From positions 113,658 to 177,657 of the forward strand of contig CAWCEN010000003.1 in the NCBI GenBank assembly GCA_963794605.1: 64,000 nucleotides of DNA, in the 5' to 3' direction. Source of the DNA: an uncultured Actinomycetes bacterium. GTDB lineage: Bacteria > Actinomycetota > Thermoleophilia > Gaiellales > Gaiellaceae. This document shows positions 36,447-45,231 of the stretch, piece after piece. The notes beneath the pieces are model-generated. The model did no database searches. It saw only the letters and a program-made list of their open reading frames with translations, and was not told the DNA's origin. A program made the translations under genes and the position numbers. The first letter of the stretch is position 1. Each line of letters starts with the position of its first letter.

Positions 36447-37658
36447 ATGGTCGGGCTGACCGAACGCGGTCGGCTCGCCTTGCTGCTCGCAGGCGGCATC
36501 TACCTCGTCGCCTGGGGCTTCGGCTCGCGGTCGCTGTACCCGATCGCCACCGGCCTCGCGATCGCCGTCGTCGGCGCACGGATCTGGGTCGAGATCCTGC
36601 GGCAGCCCGTCACCCTGCGCCGCCACCTGGGCGCCCGCGAGTACACGGAGGGCGACGACGTCACGATCGGGCTCGAGGCAAAGGCCCACCGCAGCCCCGG
36701 CCCGCGGACGCTCGAGGTCTACGAGCAGATCAGCAGGCTCGGCGAGCGCCGTGTCGAGCTCCATCGTGGGGGGCGGGAGCTCCATGTCCGCTACGTGCTC
36801 CCGGCGATGCCGCGCGGGCGATACCGCTTCGACGCGGTTCGGGCGGTGTTCGAGGACCCGTTCGGGCTCGCGCACGCAGAGCAGGACCTGGGCGCCGAGT
36901 CGACACTGCTCGTCTACCCGCGCCTCGTCGAGCTGGAGCGCGTGTTTTCGGAGCTCGGCGTGACGCTCGCCGGCGGACACGTCGTGCTCCGGCGGACGGC
37001 CGGTTTCGACCTCCACAGCGTCCGCGAGTACCAGGAAGGCGAGTCGCTGCGCAAGGTGCACTGGCGAACGACCGCGAAGCGCGGCGAGCTGATGGTGAAG
37101 GAGCTCGAAGACATGCCGCACGACGAGGTGGCGGTGCTGCTCGACGCGGACGGCCGCGCTGTGGTCGGAGGGTCGTTCGACGTGCAGGTCCGCGCTGCCG
37201 GCTCGATCCTGCGCGCGAACGCGCTCCGCGGACGCCGGGCGCTGCTCAGCATCACATCCTCGCCTCCCGAGACCTGTCAGGTCGGATCGATCGACGGTGA
37301 GTGGCGGACCGCGCTCGAGCTGCTCGCGGCCGCCGAGCCGACCGGGAAGGACTCGCTCGCGCGCTTCCTCGAACGGGACGCCTCGCCGGCCCTGCAGGCG
37401 GTCGAGCTCGTCGTCGTGACGGCTGCGCTCGAACCGCAACTCGTCGACGCGCTCCTCGATCGCGCGTTCGCGCGACGGCCTGTCTCGCTCGTGCTCGTCG
37501 ACGCGCCGAGCTTCAACGGCGGCGACCCCATTCCGCTGCGCGAACCGGTGCTCCTTCGACTCCAGGCGGGCGGCGTCCCGGTCGTGGCCCTACGGCGAGG
37601 CGACGACCTGGCCGCGAAGCTCAGCGGGCTCGAGGAGGCCCGCACGGCAAGTGGCTAA
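36447..37658 (+). CDS. DUF58 domain protein
   Basis: ATG lies 1 nt after the moxR stop. Two N-terminal TM helices. 'VREYQEGESLRKVHWRTTAKRGELMVKELE' is the DUF58 signature. Confidence 0.85.
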   Translation: MVGLTERGRLALLLAGGIYLVAWGFGSRSLYPIATGLAIAVVGARIWVEILRQPVTLRRHLGAREYTEGDDVTIGLEAKAHRSPGPRTLEVYEQISRLGERRVELHRGGRELHVRYVLPAMPRGRYRFDAVRAVFEDPFGLAHAEQDLGAESTLLVYPRLVELERVFSELGVTLAGGHVVLRRTAGFDLHSVREYQEGESLRKVHWRTTAKRGELMVKELEDMPHDEVAVLLDADGRAVVGGSFDVQVRAAGSILRANALRGRRALLSITSSPPETCQVGSIDGEWRTALELLAAAEPTGKDSLARFLERDASPALQAVELVVVTAALEPQLVDALLDRAFARRPVSLVLVDAPSFNGGDPIPLREPVLLRLQAGGVPVVALRRGDDLAAKLSGLEEARTASG

Positions 37659-39894
37659 GACCGCGACCTTCTCGCTCCTGCTCGGCGTCCTGATCGCGTG
37701 GAACTGGGGGCGGCTGGAGACGAACCGGTCGAGCGGACTGATCCTGCTCATGATCCTGCTCGGCGTTGCTCCGGCGCTCCTGCCCTCGCGGCGGCTGCGC
37801 CTCGCCGGTGCAGGGCTCGCGCTGGTCGCGGCCTGGTCGATCGCGCTCGACGTCCGGCCGTACGCGCTGGGGACGGTGCTGAGCCGCACGGGGCGGGGGT
37901 TCCTCGACTTCTACGACGTGCTCGTCCCGTTCGACGCTTCGGAGCACCGGGTGATGGAGGGCGTGGTCCTGCTCGCGGTCTTCGTCTTCACGACGCTGGC
38001 GTCGCTCGCGGTTGCGGCGCGCCGTCCGCTGCTCGCGAGCCTCGTCCTCGTGGCCGGAGCCGGTTGGCCGGCGACGATCTTTCCCGGGCACGACGACCTC
38101 GGGCGGGGCGTCCTGCTGCTCGTGGTGGCGCTCGCTCTCGTCGCACGGCTCGGGTCGACGACGCGCCGCGGCGCTCCGCAGGTGCTCGTCGGCACGGCGC
38201 TCGTGGTCACCGCGCTGATCGCCTCGAGCTGGAACGGCGTGGCCAAGGCGCAGTTCCTCGACTGGCAGAACTGGGATATCTCGACGAAGACCGGGCCTTC
38301 GGTCAGCGTCGAGTACGTCTGGAAGGCGAACTACCGGGGCGTCAACTTCCCGAAGAAGCGCACGCGTGTCTTCAGGGTCGAGACAAACGACGCGCGCGCC
38401 GTCTACTGGCGGGCGACGACGCTCGACACGTTCGCCGAAGACGCTTGGAAGGAGGAGCCGGTCGGCATGAACTCGTTCACGGTCGAGCCGGGGCGCGACA
38501 GGCTCACGGACGATCCTCTCCTCCCGAGGCGCGCGCAGAATCCCGACCGGTGGAGTGAGGCGACCGTGCACATCGACGCGCTGCTCGATCACCACCTGAT
38601 CAGCGCGAGCGGCCCCGTCGCCTACGAGTCCGAAGACGGCGTCGAGTACTACCGGGGAGGCGTGGCGAAAGTCTCGGGGAAGGCGCCGAGCCGCGGCGCG
38701 CAGTACGCGAGCTGGTCGTGGCAGCCGCAGCCCACGCCGTCGGCGCTCGCGAATTCTCCGGCCCGGTACCCACGCGAGATCCGCACCGGCGGCTATCGCG
38801 AGGTCGGTCCCGGGCGTGCCGTCCCGGCGTTCGGCACACAGGAGCGCCTGGACTGGCTGCTCGACGCGTTCGACGACCCGCGGCTCGCTGCGTACCGCCC
38901 GCTCTACCAGACCGCCGAGACGATCGCCGGCGACGCAACGAATCCGTACGCGGCCACGGTCGCGATCGAGGCGTGGCTGCGCTCGAGCGGAGGCTTCAGC
39001 TACAACGAGCACCCGCGGCAGGTACGCGGGATGCCGCCGCTCGTCGGGTTCGTCACCCGAACGAAGGAGGGCTACTGCCAGCACTTCGCGGGCGCGATGG
39101 CCCTGATGCTGCGCTACCTCGGGATTCCCGCCCGGGTCGCGGCCGGTTTCACGAGCGGCGCCTATGACGCGGATCGGGGCACCTGGCGCGTCAATGACCG
39201 GAACGCGCACACATGGGTCGAGGTGTGGTTCAAGGGCTACGGCTGGCTTCCCTTCGACCCGACCCCAGGACGCGGCAACCTCGGCGGCACCTACACGACC
39301 TCGTCGATCTCGGTCAACGTGTCAGGGGTCGAGAACGTGCTCAGGAAGAGCATCGGCAGCGCAGCGGCGGGCAACCTGCTCCGCTTCCAGCTCGGCGGGC
39401 ACGGCCAGCGGATCCCGGGCGACAACCAGGCGTCGAGCGGCGACGTCGCCAAGGCGCGCGGGGGAGGGACACCGGGGGCAGGCTTCCCGGTTGCCCAGGT
39501 CCTCATCGCCGGGCTGGCCGTGCTCGTCCTTCTCCTTGTCGTCGCGAAGCTCGTTTTCAGGCGCAGCCGCTTCCTGACCGGCGACCCGCGTGCGATTGCG
39601 ACCGCCTGCAGGCGCGAGCTCGTCGGGTACCTGCTCGACGTCGGGATCACGATCCCTCGCAATCTCGGGATCGCCGAGCTCCGGGAGGTCGTGCTGAAAC
39701 GGACCGGCGTCGATTCCGGCCGCCTCGTCGAGCACATGGGACAGGCCCGGTTCGGCCCGCCCGCGGCCAGCGCGGAAGCCGCCCACGAGGCGAAGTCGGA
39801 GCTGCGCGCTGTCCGGCGCCGGCTGCGGCGCGCGATCCCGTTCAGCCGCCGGGCGCGCGGGCTCTTCTCGGTCCGCTCGCTCCTCGCCTCCTGA
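37651..39894 (+). CDS. transglutaminase-domain membrane protein (TgpA-like)
   Basis: Multi-TM N-terminus. Transglutaminase core 'GYCQHFAGAMALMLRYLGIPARV...NAHTWVEVWFKGYGWLPFDPTPG'. Confidence 0.85.
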   Translation: MAKTATFSLLLGVLIAWNWGRLETNRSSGLILLMILLGVAPALLPSRRLRLAGAGLALVAAWSIALDVRPYALGTVLSRTGRGFLDFYDVLVPFDASEHRVMEGVVLLAVFVFTTLASLAVAARRPLLASLVLVAGAGWPATIFPGHDDLGRGVLLLVVALALVARLGSTTRRGAPQVLVGTALVVTALIASSWNGVAKAQFLDWQNWDISTKTGPSVSVEYVWKANYRGVNFPKKRTRVFRVETNDARAVYWRATTLDTFAEDAWKEEPVGMNSFTVEPGRDRLTDDPLLPRRAQNPDRWSEATVHIDALLDHHLISASGPVAYESEDGVEYYRGGVAKVSGKAPSRGAQYASWSWQPQPTPSALANSPARYPREIRTGGYREVGPGRAVPAFGTQERLDWLLDAFDDPRLAAYRPLYQTAETIAGDATNPYAATVAIEAWLRSSGGFSYNEHPRQVRGMPPLVGFVTRTKEGYCQHFAGAMALMLRYLGIPARVAAGFTSGAYDADRGTWRVNDRNAHTWVEVWFKGYGWLPFDPTPGRGNLGGTYTTSSISVNVSGVENVLRKSIGSAAAGNLLRFQLGGHGQRIPGDNQASSGDVAKARGGGTPGAGFPVAQVLIAGLAVLVLLLVVAKLVFRRSRFLTGDPRAIATACRRELVGYLLDVGITIPRNLGIAELREVVLKRTGVDSGRLVEHMGQARFGPPAASAEAAHEAKSELRAVRRRLRRAIPFSRRARGLFSVRSLLAS

Positions 39895-39983
39895 CTTTCC
39901 CTATCTTGGGGTACGTGCCCCTTCCGGCAATGAGCCCATCACCTCCGGCGGCCGCTGAACGGCGCCAGGCGGTGTCCTCAGTC

Positions 39984-40009
39984 GCCCCAATGCTGACGAG
40001 CATTGGGGC
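39984..40009 (+). terminator. 11-bp perfect hairpin downstream of the transglutaminase gene (no U tract)
   Basis: 'gccccaatgct-gacg-agcattggggc'. Confidence 0.4.
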
Positions 40010-40078
40010 TCCCTGCGTCCTACCCTGGCTTGCTCATCGACCCCCGGAAGCGGGGGCGCACTACCGGAAGGGACACAG

Positions 40079-40435
40079 ATGAGCGAGAGCGAGACCTATG
40101 ACCTCTTCCAGAAGGGTCGCGCACATCTGAAGCGGGGGATGCCCGCCCAGGCGACGGTCTCCCTCGAGAAGGCGAAGCGCCGCGAGCCCGCGAAGGCGTC
40201 GATCCGCGAGGCGCTGGGGATCGCGTACTTCCGCCTCCGCCGCTACCAGGAAGCCGAGTCCGAGTTTCGCGCCCTGGTCGACCTCTCGCCCGCGGACGAC
40301 TACGCGCACTATGGGCTGGCACGTGCGCTCGAGAAGCTCGGCCGGACGAGCGAGGCCCGCGGCCATCTCAAGCTCGCCAGGTCGCTGCGCCCGGGCAGCG
40401 AGCACTACGCCGAGCGGCTGCGCGCGCTCGAGTAA
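40079..40435 (+). CDS. tetratricopeptide-repeat protein
   Basis: 118 aa. TPR-like 'ALGIAYFRLRRYQEAESEFRALVDLSPADDYAHYGLARALEKLG'. Confidence 0.7.
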   Translation: MSESETYDLFQKGRAHLKRGMPAQATVSLEKAKRREPAKASIREALGIAYFRLRRYQEAESEFRALVDLSPADDYAHYGLARALEKLGRTSEARGHLKLARSLRPGSEHYAERLRALE

Positions 40436-40438
40436 CCG

Positions 40439-40876
40439 TTGCGCGCCGTCGTCCAGCGCGTCGCGGAGGCGTGCGTGCGCGTCGAAGGCAGCGTCGTGGG
40501 GGAGATCGGCCCGGGCCTGTGCGTCCTGCTCGGAGTCGCGCGCGGGGACGACGAAGACGGGGCGGAACGCCTCGCCGGTCGCGTCGCACGCCTGCGGATC
40601 TTCGAGAACGACGAGGGCAAGTTCGACCGCAGCGTCCTCGACATGGGCGGAGCGGTTCTCGTGGTCAGCAACTTCACGCTGATCGCGGAGGCCGCGAAGG
40701 GCAACCGGCCGAGCTTTTCCGGGGCCGCCCCGCCCGCGCCGGCGGACGCGCTCTACGAAAGCTTCTGCGCAGCAGTCCGCGAGCTGGGCATCAGGGTCGA
40801 GACCGGTGTCTTCGGCGCCCGCATGCGCGTCGAGCTCGTGAACGACGGCCCGGTGACGATCCTGCTCGACGCCTAG
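40439..40876 (+). CDS. dtd: D-aminoacyl-tRNA deacylase
   Basis: TTG start. 'MRAVVQRV...', 'VSNFTL', 'GNRPSF', 'NDGPVT'. Confidence 0.9.
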   Translation: MRAVVQRVAEACVRVEGSVVGEIGPGLCVLLGVARGDDEDGAERLAGRVARLRIFENDEGKFDRSVLDMGGAVLVVSNFTLIAEAAKGNRPSFSGAAPPAPADALYESFCAAVRELGIRVETGVFGARMRVELVNDGPVTILLDA

Positions 40877-41019
40877 CCGACCGGCTTCGGCGTAGATAAT
40901 CAACTAGTCCCCCTAGAAACCTCGAAAGACAGGGAAGGGAGTGGGGCGTCTGCGCGTCATGTAATGATGGACCGTTTGCCGTATTTCCAACCGATCCTTC
41001 GTTCCCTGTCAGGGGTTCC

Positions 41020-42652
41020 ATGACGCCCGGCCCCCCGGAGTTGCGCGCTTCCACGCGGATCGGAACGGAGGTCGCCGGGTTCAAGATCGAATCGGTCCTC
41101 GGCCGCGGTGGGATGAGCGTCGTCTACGTCGCCGAGCAGATGCGGCTCGCCCGCAAGGTCGCGCTCAAGGTGCTGACGAACGAGCTGGCCTGGGACGAGC
41201 AGTTCCGTGAGCGCTTCGTGCGCGAGTCGCACATCGCGGCCACGATCGACCACCCGAACATCATTCCCATCTACGACGCCGGGGAGGCCGACGGGCTCCT
41301 CTATATCGCCATGCGCTTCGTGCAGGGGCCCGATCTCAAGGAGATCCTGAAGCGCGGTCCGCTCGGCGTCGGCCGGACGATCTTCCTCCTCGAGCAGCTC
41401 GCGAGCGCGCTCGACGCAGCGCACGCGCACGCGCTCGTCCACCGCGACGTGAAGCCGGGCAACATCCTCGTCGAGGAGAGCACCGACCACGCCTACCTCA
41501 CGGACTTCGGCGTCGCGAAGCAGACGACCGCGCGCGGCCTGACCTCCACGGGGCACTTTCTCGGCACGGTCGAGTACGCGGCTCCCGAGCAGATCGAGGG
41601 AGGGCCGGTCGGCGCTCGCACCGACGTCTATGCGCTCGGCTGCGTTCTGTACGAGTCGCTCACCGGGTCACCGCCGTTTGCGCACGGAACGGAGCACGCC
41701 GTTCTGCACGCGCACCTCGTCGATCCGCCGCCGTCCGTGAGCAGTGTTCGGCCCGACCTGCCCCAGGCATTCGACAGCGTGGTCGCGACCGCGATGGCGA
41801 AGGCCGCGGAGGACCGGTTCGGCTCGTGCGGAGAGCTCGCCCACGCGGCCCGTAACGCGGCGAGCGGGACGGCGCGCCGAGTCGACGGCAGCCCGCCGGG
41901 TCACGTAGCGACGATCGCGTCGACTCCAGTCCCCGCCCCGATCCCGGACCCCGTGCCGGAGCCCGTCCCAGCTCCAGCCGTCGAAGCGCCCGAGACCCCT
42001 CCGCCGCCTCGAGAGCCGGCCGGCATGCGACTGACTCCTCTCAGGCAGATGCTGCTGACGTTCCTGCTCGTGGTCTTGGCGGCGGCGGCGTCCGGCTTCG
42101 TCGTCTATTTCCTGGTTCGCGGCGAGGGGACGGAAACTCCTGTTGCCGCTCGCCCAGGGCCCGGTCGTTCACAAGCTCGCCGACCTCATCCCGGAGCCGA
42201 TCTGGGACAGCTGCAAGGAGACCGTCAGACCCCGCCCCGGCGCGCTCGAGACGGCGGCGTGTCTGCCTCCCGCGGATGCCAAGACGTTCACGCCCGATCA
42301 CCTCGAGGTCTCCACGTTCGGGAGCGGCGCAGCCGTCCAGCGCGCGTACGAGGCCGAGCGGCGCCTGCACAGCGTTGCCCGCGACCAAGGCAAGTGCAAC
42401 GGCGTGAGCTGGGGCGGCGAGAGCAAGTGGTTCCACAACTCGGCCTCGCCCGGGGCGCCACCGGCGCACGGCGGCTCGCGGCTCTGCTACTTCGACGGCA
42501 CAGACGCGGTCATCGTGTGGACGCACCGCAAGTTGGGTCAGCCGACCCACCAGGACTTTCTTGCGGTCGCCCGCGAGGGCGGCAGCGATCACCCGGGGCT
42601 CTACGGCTGGTGGAGGTTCTGGCACCACCGCCTCGGCAAGACGCTGGGGTAA
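41020..42652 (+). CDS. Ser/Thr protein kinase with TM helix and Cys/Trp-rich ectodomain, interrupted by a frameshift at about 42126-42145
   Basis: Hanks motifs 'GRGGMSVVY', 'VALKVL', 'HRDVKPGNIL', 'DFGVAK' and 'APE'. TM helix 'LLTFLLVVLAAAASGFVVYFLV'. The GC3 coding signal then moves to the frame of track ORF 42143..42652. Confidence 0.8.
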
Positions 42653-44955
42653 TGACTGACGCCGCGCTCGTAGCGGTTCTCGACGGCACGGAGGGCGGGC
42701 GCCGCATCCACATCGCGGAGCGACTCACGGTGGGGCGTGTCGCTGACACGGGAGGCCTGGCGCTCGACGACCCTGAGCTCTCACGCGCGCACGCCGTTTT
42801 CGGCGTGACGCCTGACGGGCTCGAGATCCAAGACCTCGGGTCGCTGAACGGGACCTGGGTGAACGGCGAGCGGATCACAGGCCCGACGCTCCTCGCTCCC
42901 GGCGACGCGGTCAAAATCGGTGCGACGCGGATCGAGGTGCTCTCGACCGGCCACAGGCCCGCCGCGGGCCGGCGGTCGACGCCGACGCCCGTCGAAGCCA
43001 AGGACGAGCTGCGCCCGGTGAGCGTGCTCTTCGCAGACGTGGTGGGCTCGACGCCACTCGCGGAACGACTCGCGCCCGAGGACTACATCGCGCTGATCGG
43101 CGGCTGCGTCGATCGCATGTGCCGGGCGGTCGAGCAGTTCGGGGGAGTGATCGACGCGTACATGGGAGATGGGATCGCCGCCTTCTTCGGCTTCCCAGCC
43201 GCGACGGAAGACGATGCCGACCGTGCGGCGAGCGCAGCGCTGAGTCTCGTCCAGGCGATCGACGGCTACGCGGAGGAGGTGCGGGCGAACTGGCGCCTGC
43301 CGGAGTTCAACGTCCGCGTCGGCGTCAACAGCGGCAAGGTCGCGATCGGCGTGGTCGGCGCGGCGGAACGCCATCCGGTCGCGCTCGGCGACACGATGAA
43401 CGTCGCCGCGCGGCTGCAGGGCGGGGCCGAGCCCGGGACGATCGTGATCGGCGGAGCGACCGCGCGGAAACTCCAAGGCCGCTTCCTGATGACGCCGTTG
43501 GGACACCTCGCCGTTCGAGGACGGGAAGGCCCCGTCGAGGCTTGGCGACTCCTGAGCGCCCGCCCCGACCGCCAGCGCCGCAAACCGGCCGGCCTCGTCG
43601 GTCGAACCTCCGAGACCGCCCAGCTGAAGAAGGCGGCCGCGGCACTCCGCGCAGGCCGAGGAGGGCTCGTGCTCGTGGAAGGAGAACCGGGCATCGGGAA
43701 GACGCGGCTGCTCGAGTGGCTTCGCGACGAGCTGGGCGACGACGCCACCTGGGTCGAGGGACACTGCGCCTCGTACGGCGGGCAGCCTTTGTGCCATGCC
43801 CCCGCCGAGGCTCTCCGCGGCTGGGTCGGCGTCGAGGACGTCGTCCGGCGCGGCGCCATGCTCGAGCGGCTCGGCCTCGAGCCCGACGCACTTCCGTACC
43901 TCGCCTCGCTCCTCGCCGACGACGATGCCGAAAGCCTCCCCGCCCAGTTCGAAGCCGGCCTCGGGAAGGCGTACGAAGCCTGGCTCAGGGGGCTCGCGCG
44001 GGAGCGACCGGTCGTCCTTGCGATGCACGACATCCACTGGGCCGACCACTGCACGCTCGCGTTGGTCGAGCGCCTTCTGAGGTTGATCGACGACCTGCCC
44101 CTGCTGATCACCACGACGAGCCGCACGGCGCCCGACGGGAGCGATCGGGAATTCCTGGCGCGCGCGCGGCTCGACCACGGGGAGCGCGTCGTCGAGCTCC
44201 GGCTTGGCCCGCTCGGCGACTCCGAGGCCGTCGAGCTGTTGTCGCAGCTCGCACCGGGCGAGCTCGAGCCCGAGGCGAACCGCGAGGTGATCGCTGTCGC
44301 CGAGGGCAATCCTCTCTACCTGGAGCACCTGCTGCGCTCTCTGCTCGAGAGCGGCGGGCTCGAGGCGCGGCGGACGTGGGCGCTGACAGCCCCCGCAGCG
44401 AAGCTGCCGATCGGTCTCGAGAGCCTGCTCGTGGCGCGGATCGCCGCTCTCCCGCGAGACGCACGGGCCGTCGCCCAGGCTGCCGCTGTCCTCGGTCGCA
44501 TCTTCGCACCGACCACGCTCGGGTTCGTCTCCGGCGTGGAGGACGTCGAGCGGAACCTGACGCGCCTCTTGCGCGCGAACATCATCCACGAGCAGCACGC
44601 GATTCCGAATCGTGAGTACGCGTTCACGCACGGCCTGCTCCAGGAAGCGGCGCTCTCGACGCTCACGGGGGGTCGACGTCGGGACCTGTATCGGCGAGTC
44701 GCAGCGGCCCACGAGCAGGAGTTCTCGCAGTCACTCGACGACCACCTGGAGCAGCTCGCCTTTTACCATGCCCGGGGCGGCGATCATCAGCGGGCGCTCG
44801 AGTACCTCGAGCGGGCGGCGCACCGGGCCACGTCGCTCGGCGCACGGACCGAGGCCACCGACCTCTGGGCCCGTGCCGCGGGCCTGGCCGAGAAGGTCGA
44901 CGATCCAGCGGCCCGGGAACGCATCGAGCGGCGGATCGTCGAGCTGAGCGCGTAG
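42652..44955 (+). CDS. FHA domain / class III nucleotidyl cyclase / STAND-type AAA ATPase with C-terminal helical repeats
   Basis: ATG overlaps the TAA of the kinase ectodomain frame (TAATG). FHA 'ELSRAHAVF..GSLNGTWVNGERI'. Cyclase 'VLFADVVGSTPL', 'GDGIAAFFGFP', 'GDTMNVAARLQ'. P-loop 'GEPGIGKTRL'. Confidence 0.85.
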   Translation: MTDAALVAVLDGTEGGRRIHIAERLTVGRVADTGGLALDDPELSRAHAVFGVTPDGLEIQDLGSLNGTWVNGERITGPTLLAPGDAVKIGATRIEVLSTGHRPAAGRRSTPTPVEAKDELRPVSVLFADVVGSTPLAERLAPEDYIALIGGCVDRMCRAVEQFGGVIDAYMGDGIAAFFGFPAATEDDADRAASAALSLVQAIDGYAEEVRANWRLPEFNVRVGVNSGKVAIGVVGAAERHPVALGDTMNVAARLQGGAEPGTIVIGGATARKLQGRFLMTPLGHLAVRGREGPVEAWRLLSARPDRQRRKPAGLVGRTSETAQLKKAAAALRAGRGGLVLVEGEPGIGKTRLLEWLRDELGDDATWVEGHCASYGGQPLCHAPAEALRGWVGVEDVVRRGAMLERLGLEPDALPYLASLLADDDAESLPAQFEAGLGKAYEAWLRGLARERPVVLAMHDIHWADHCTLALVERLLRLIDDLPLLITTTSRTAPDGSDREFLARARLDHGERVVELRLGPLGDSEAVELLSQLAPGELEPEANREVIAVAEGNPLYLEHLLRSLLESGGLEARRTWALTAPAAKLPIGLESLLVARIAALPRDARAVAQAAAVLGRIFAPTTLGFVSGVEDVERNLTRLLRANIIHEQHAIPNREYAFTHGLLQEAALSTLTGGRRRDLYRRVAAAHEQEFSQSLDDHLEQLAFYHARGGDHQRALEYLERAAHRATSLGARTEATDLWARAAGLAEKVDDPAARERIERRIVELSA

Positions 44956-45028
44956 GGCTCCAAGCCTGACGCAAGCTTTCCCTGGATTTAACGCATGAGA
45001 CGGGCTCCTGCGGGTAAAACCATCGACA

Positions 45029-45139
45029 GGGACCGGGATCCTGCGGTTGCACTCTGCGGTCTGCGGCAGAGGTACTCCCCTTGCGAGCCTCCCTTCCCGG
45101 GGGAATAGCCAAGCCCAGTACAGGGGCGATCCCGGTCCC
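45029..45139 (+). promoter_or_regulatory. structured leader element upstream of rimP-nusA
   Basis: The 12-bp perfect helix 'gggaccgggatc' 45029-45040 with 'gatcccggtccc' 45128-45139 encloses about 87 nt with internal hairpins. Confidence 0.45.
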
Positions 45140-45196
45140 TCTGTTCTACGGCCACCTTGCTATCCTGGCTGCACCACATTTCAGGCAGTTCGAAAT

Positions 45197-45220
45197 GGGC
45201 GCGCCGCGCCCGTTTTTTTT
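45197..45220 (+). terminator. intrinsic terminator 11 nt upstream of the rimP start
   Basis: GC stem 'gggcgc-gcc-gcgccc' 45197-45211, followed by G and T8 (45213-45220). Confidence 0.75.
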
Positions 45221-45231
45221 GAGAGGGCAGA

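Noticed and set aside
42781-44712. A 643-aa minus-strand ORF. The same applies to similar long antisense ORFs at 61564..63711, 56348..58423, 27450..29249, 25260..26615, 36171..37439, 37621..39210 and 17420..18466.
   Set aside because: All are antisense or off-frame to genes with clear motifs, have Arg/Pro/Gly-rich low-complexity translations and lack GC3 bias. They are typical open-frame artefacts of very GC-rich DNA.
41020-44955. A single 1311-aa ORF fusing kinase, linker, FHA, cyclase and ATPase.
   Set aside because: Codon third-position GC collapses in this frame between about 42130 and 42650, while another frame carries the coding signal. A cytoplasmic FHA-cyclase placed after a TM helix is topologically implausible. 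The TAATG junction at 42650-42654 marks a separate gene start.
45040-45070. Three closely spaced 'ctgcgg' motifs, considered as a mini repeat array.
   Set aside because: They are only 6 nt long with irregular spacing and lie inside a larger hairpin structure. This is not CRISPR-like.
45181-45200. A T-loop-like 'GTTCGAAAT', suggesting a tRNA upstream of rimP (as with metY in E. coli).
   Set aside because: The flanking bases cannot form a T stem or an acceptor stem, and no cloverleaf can be drawn.
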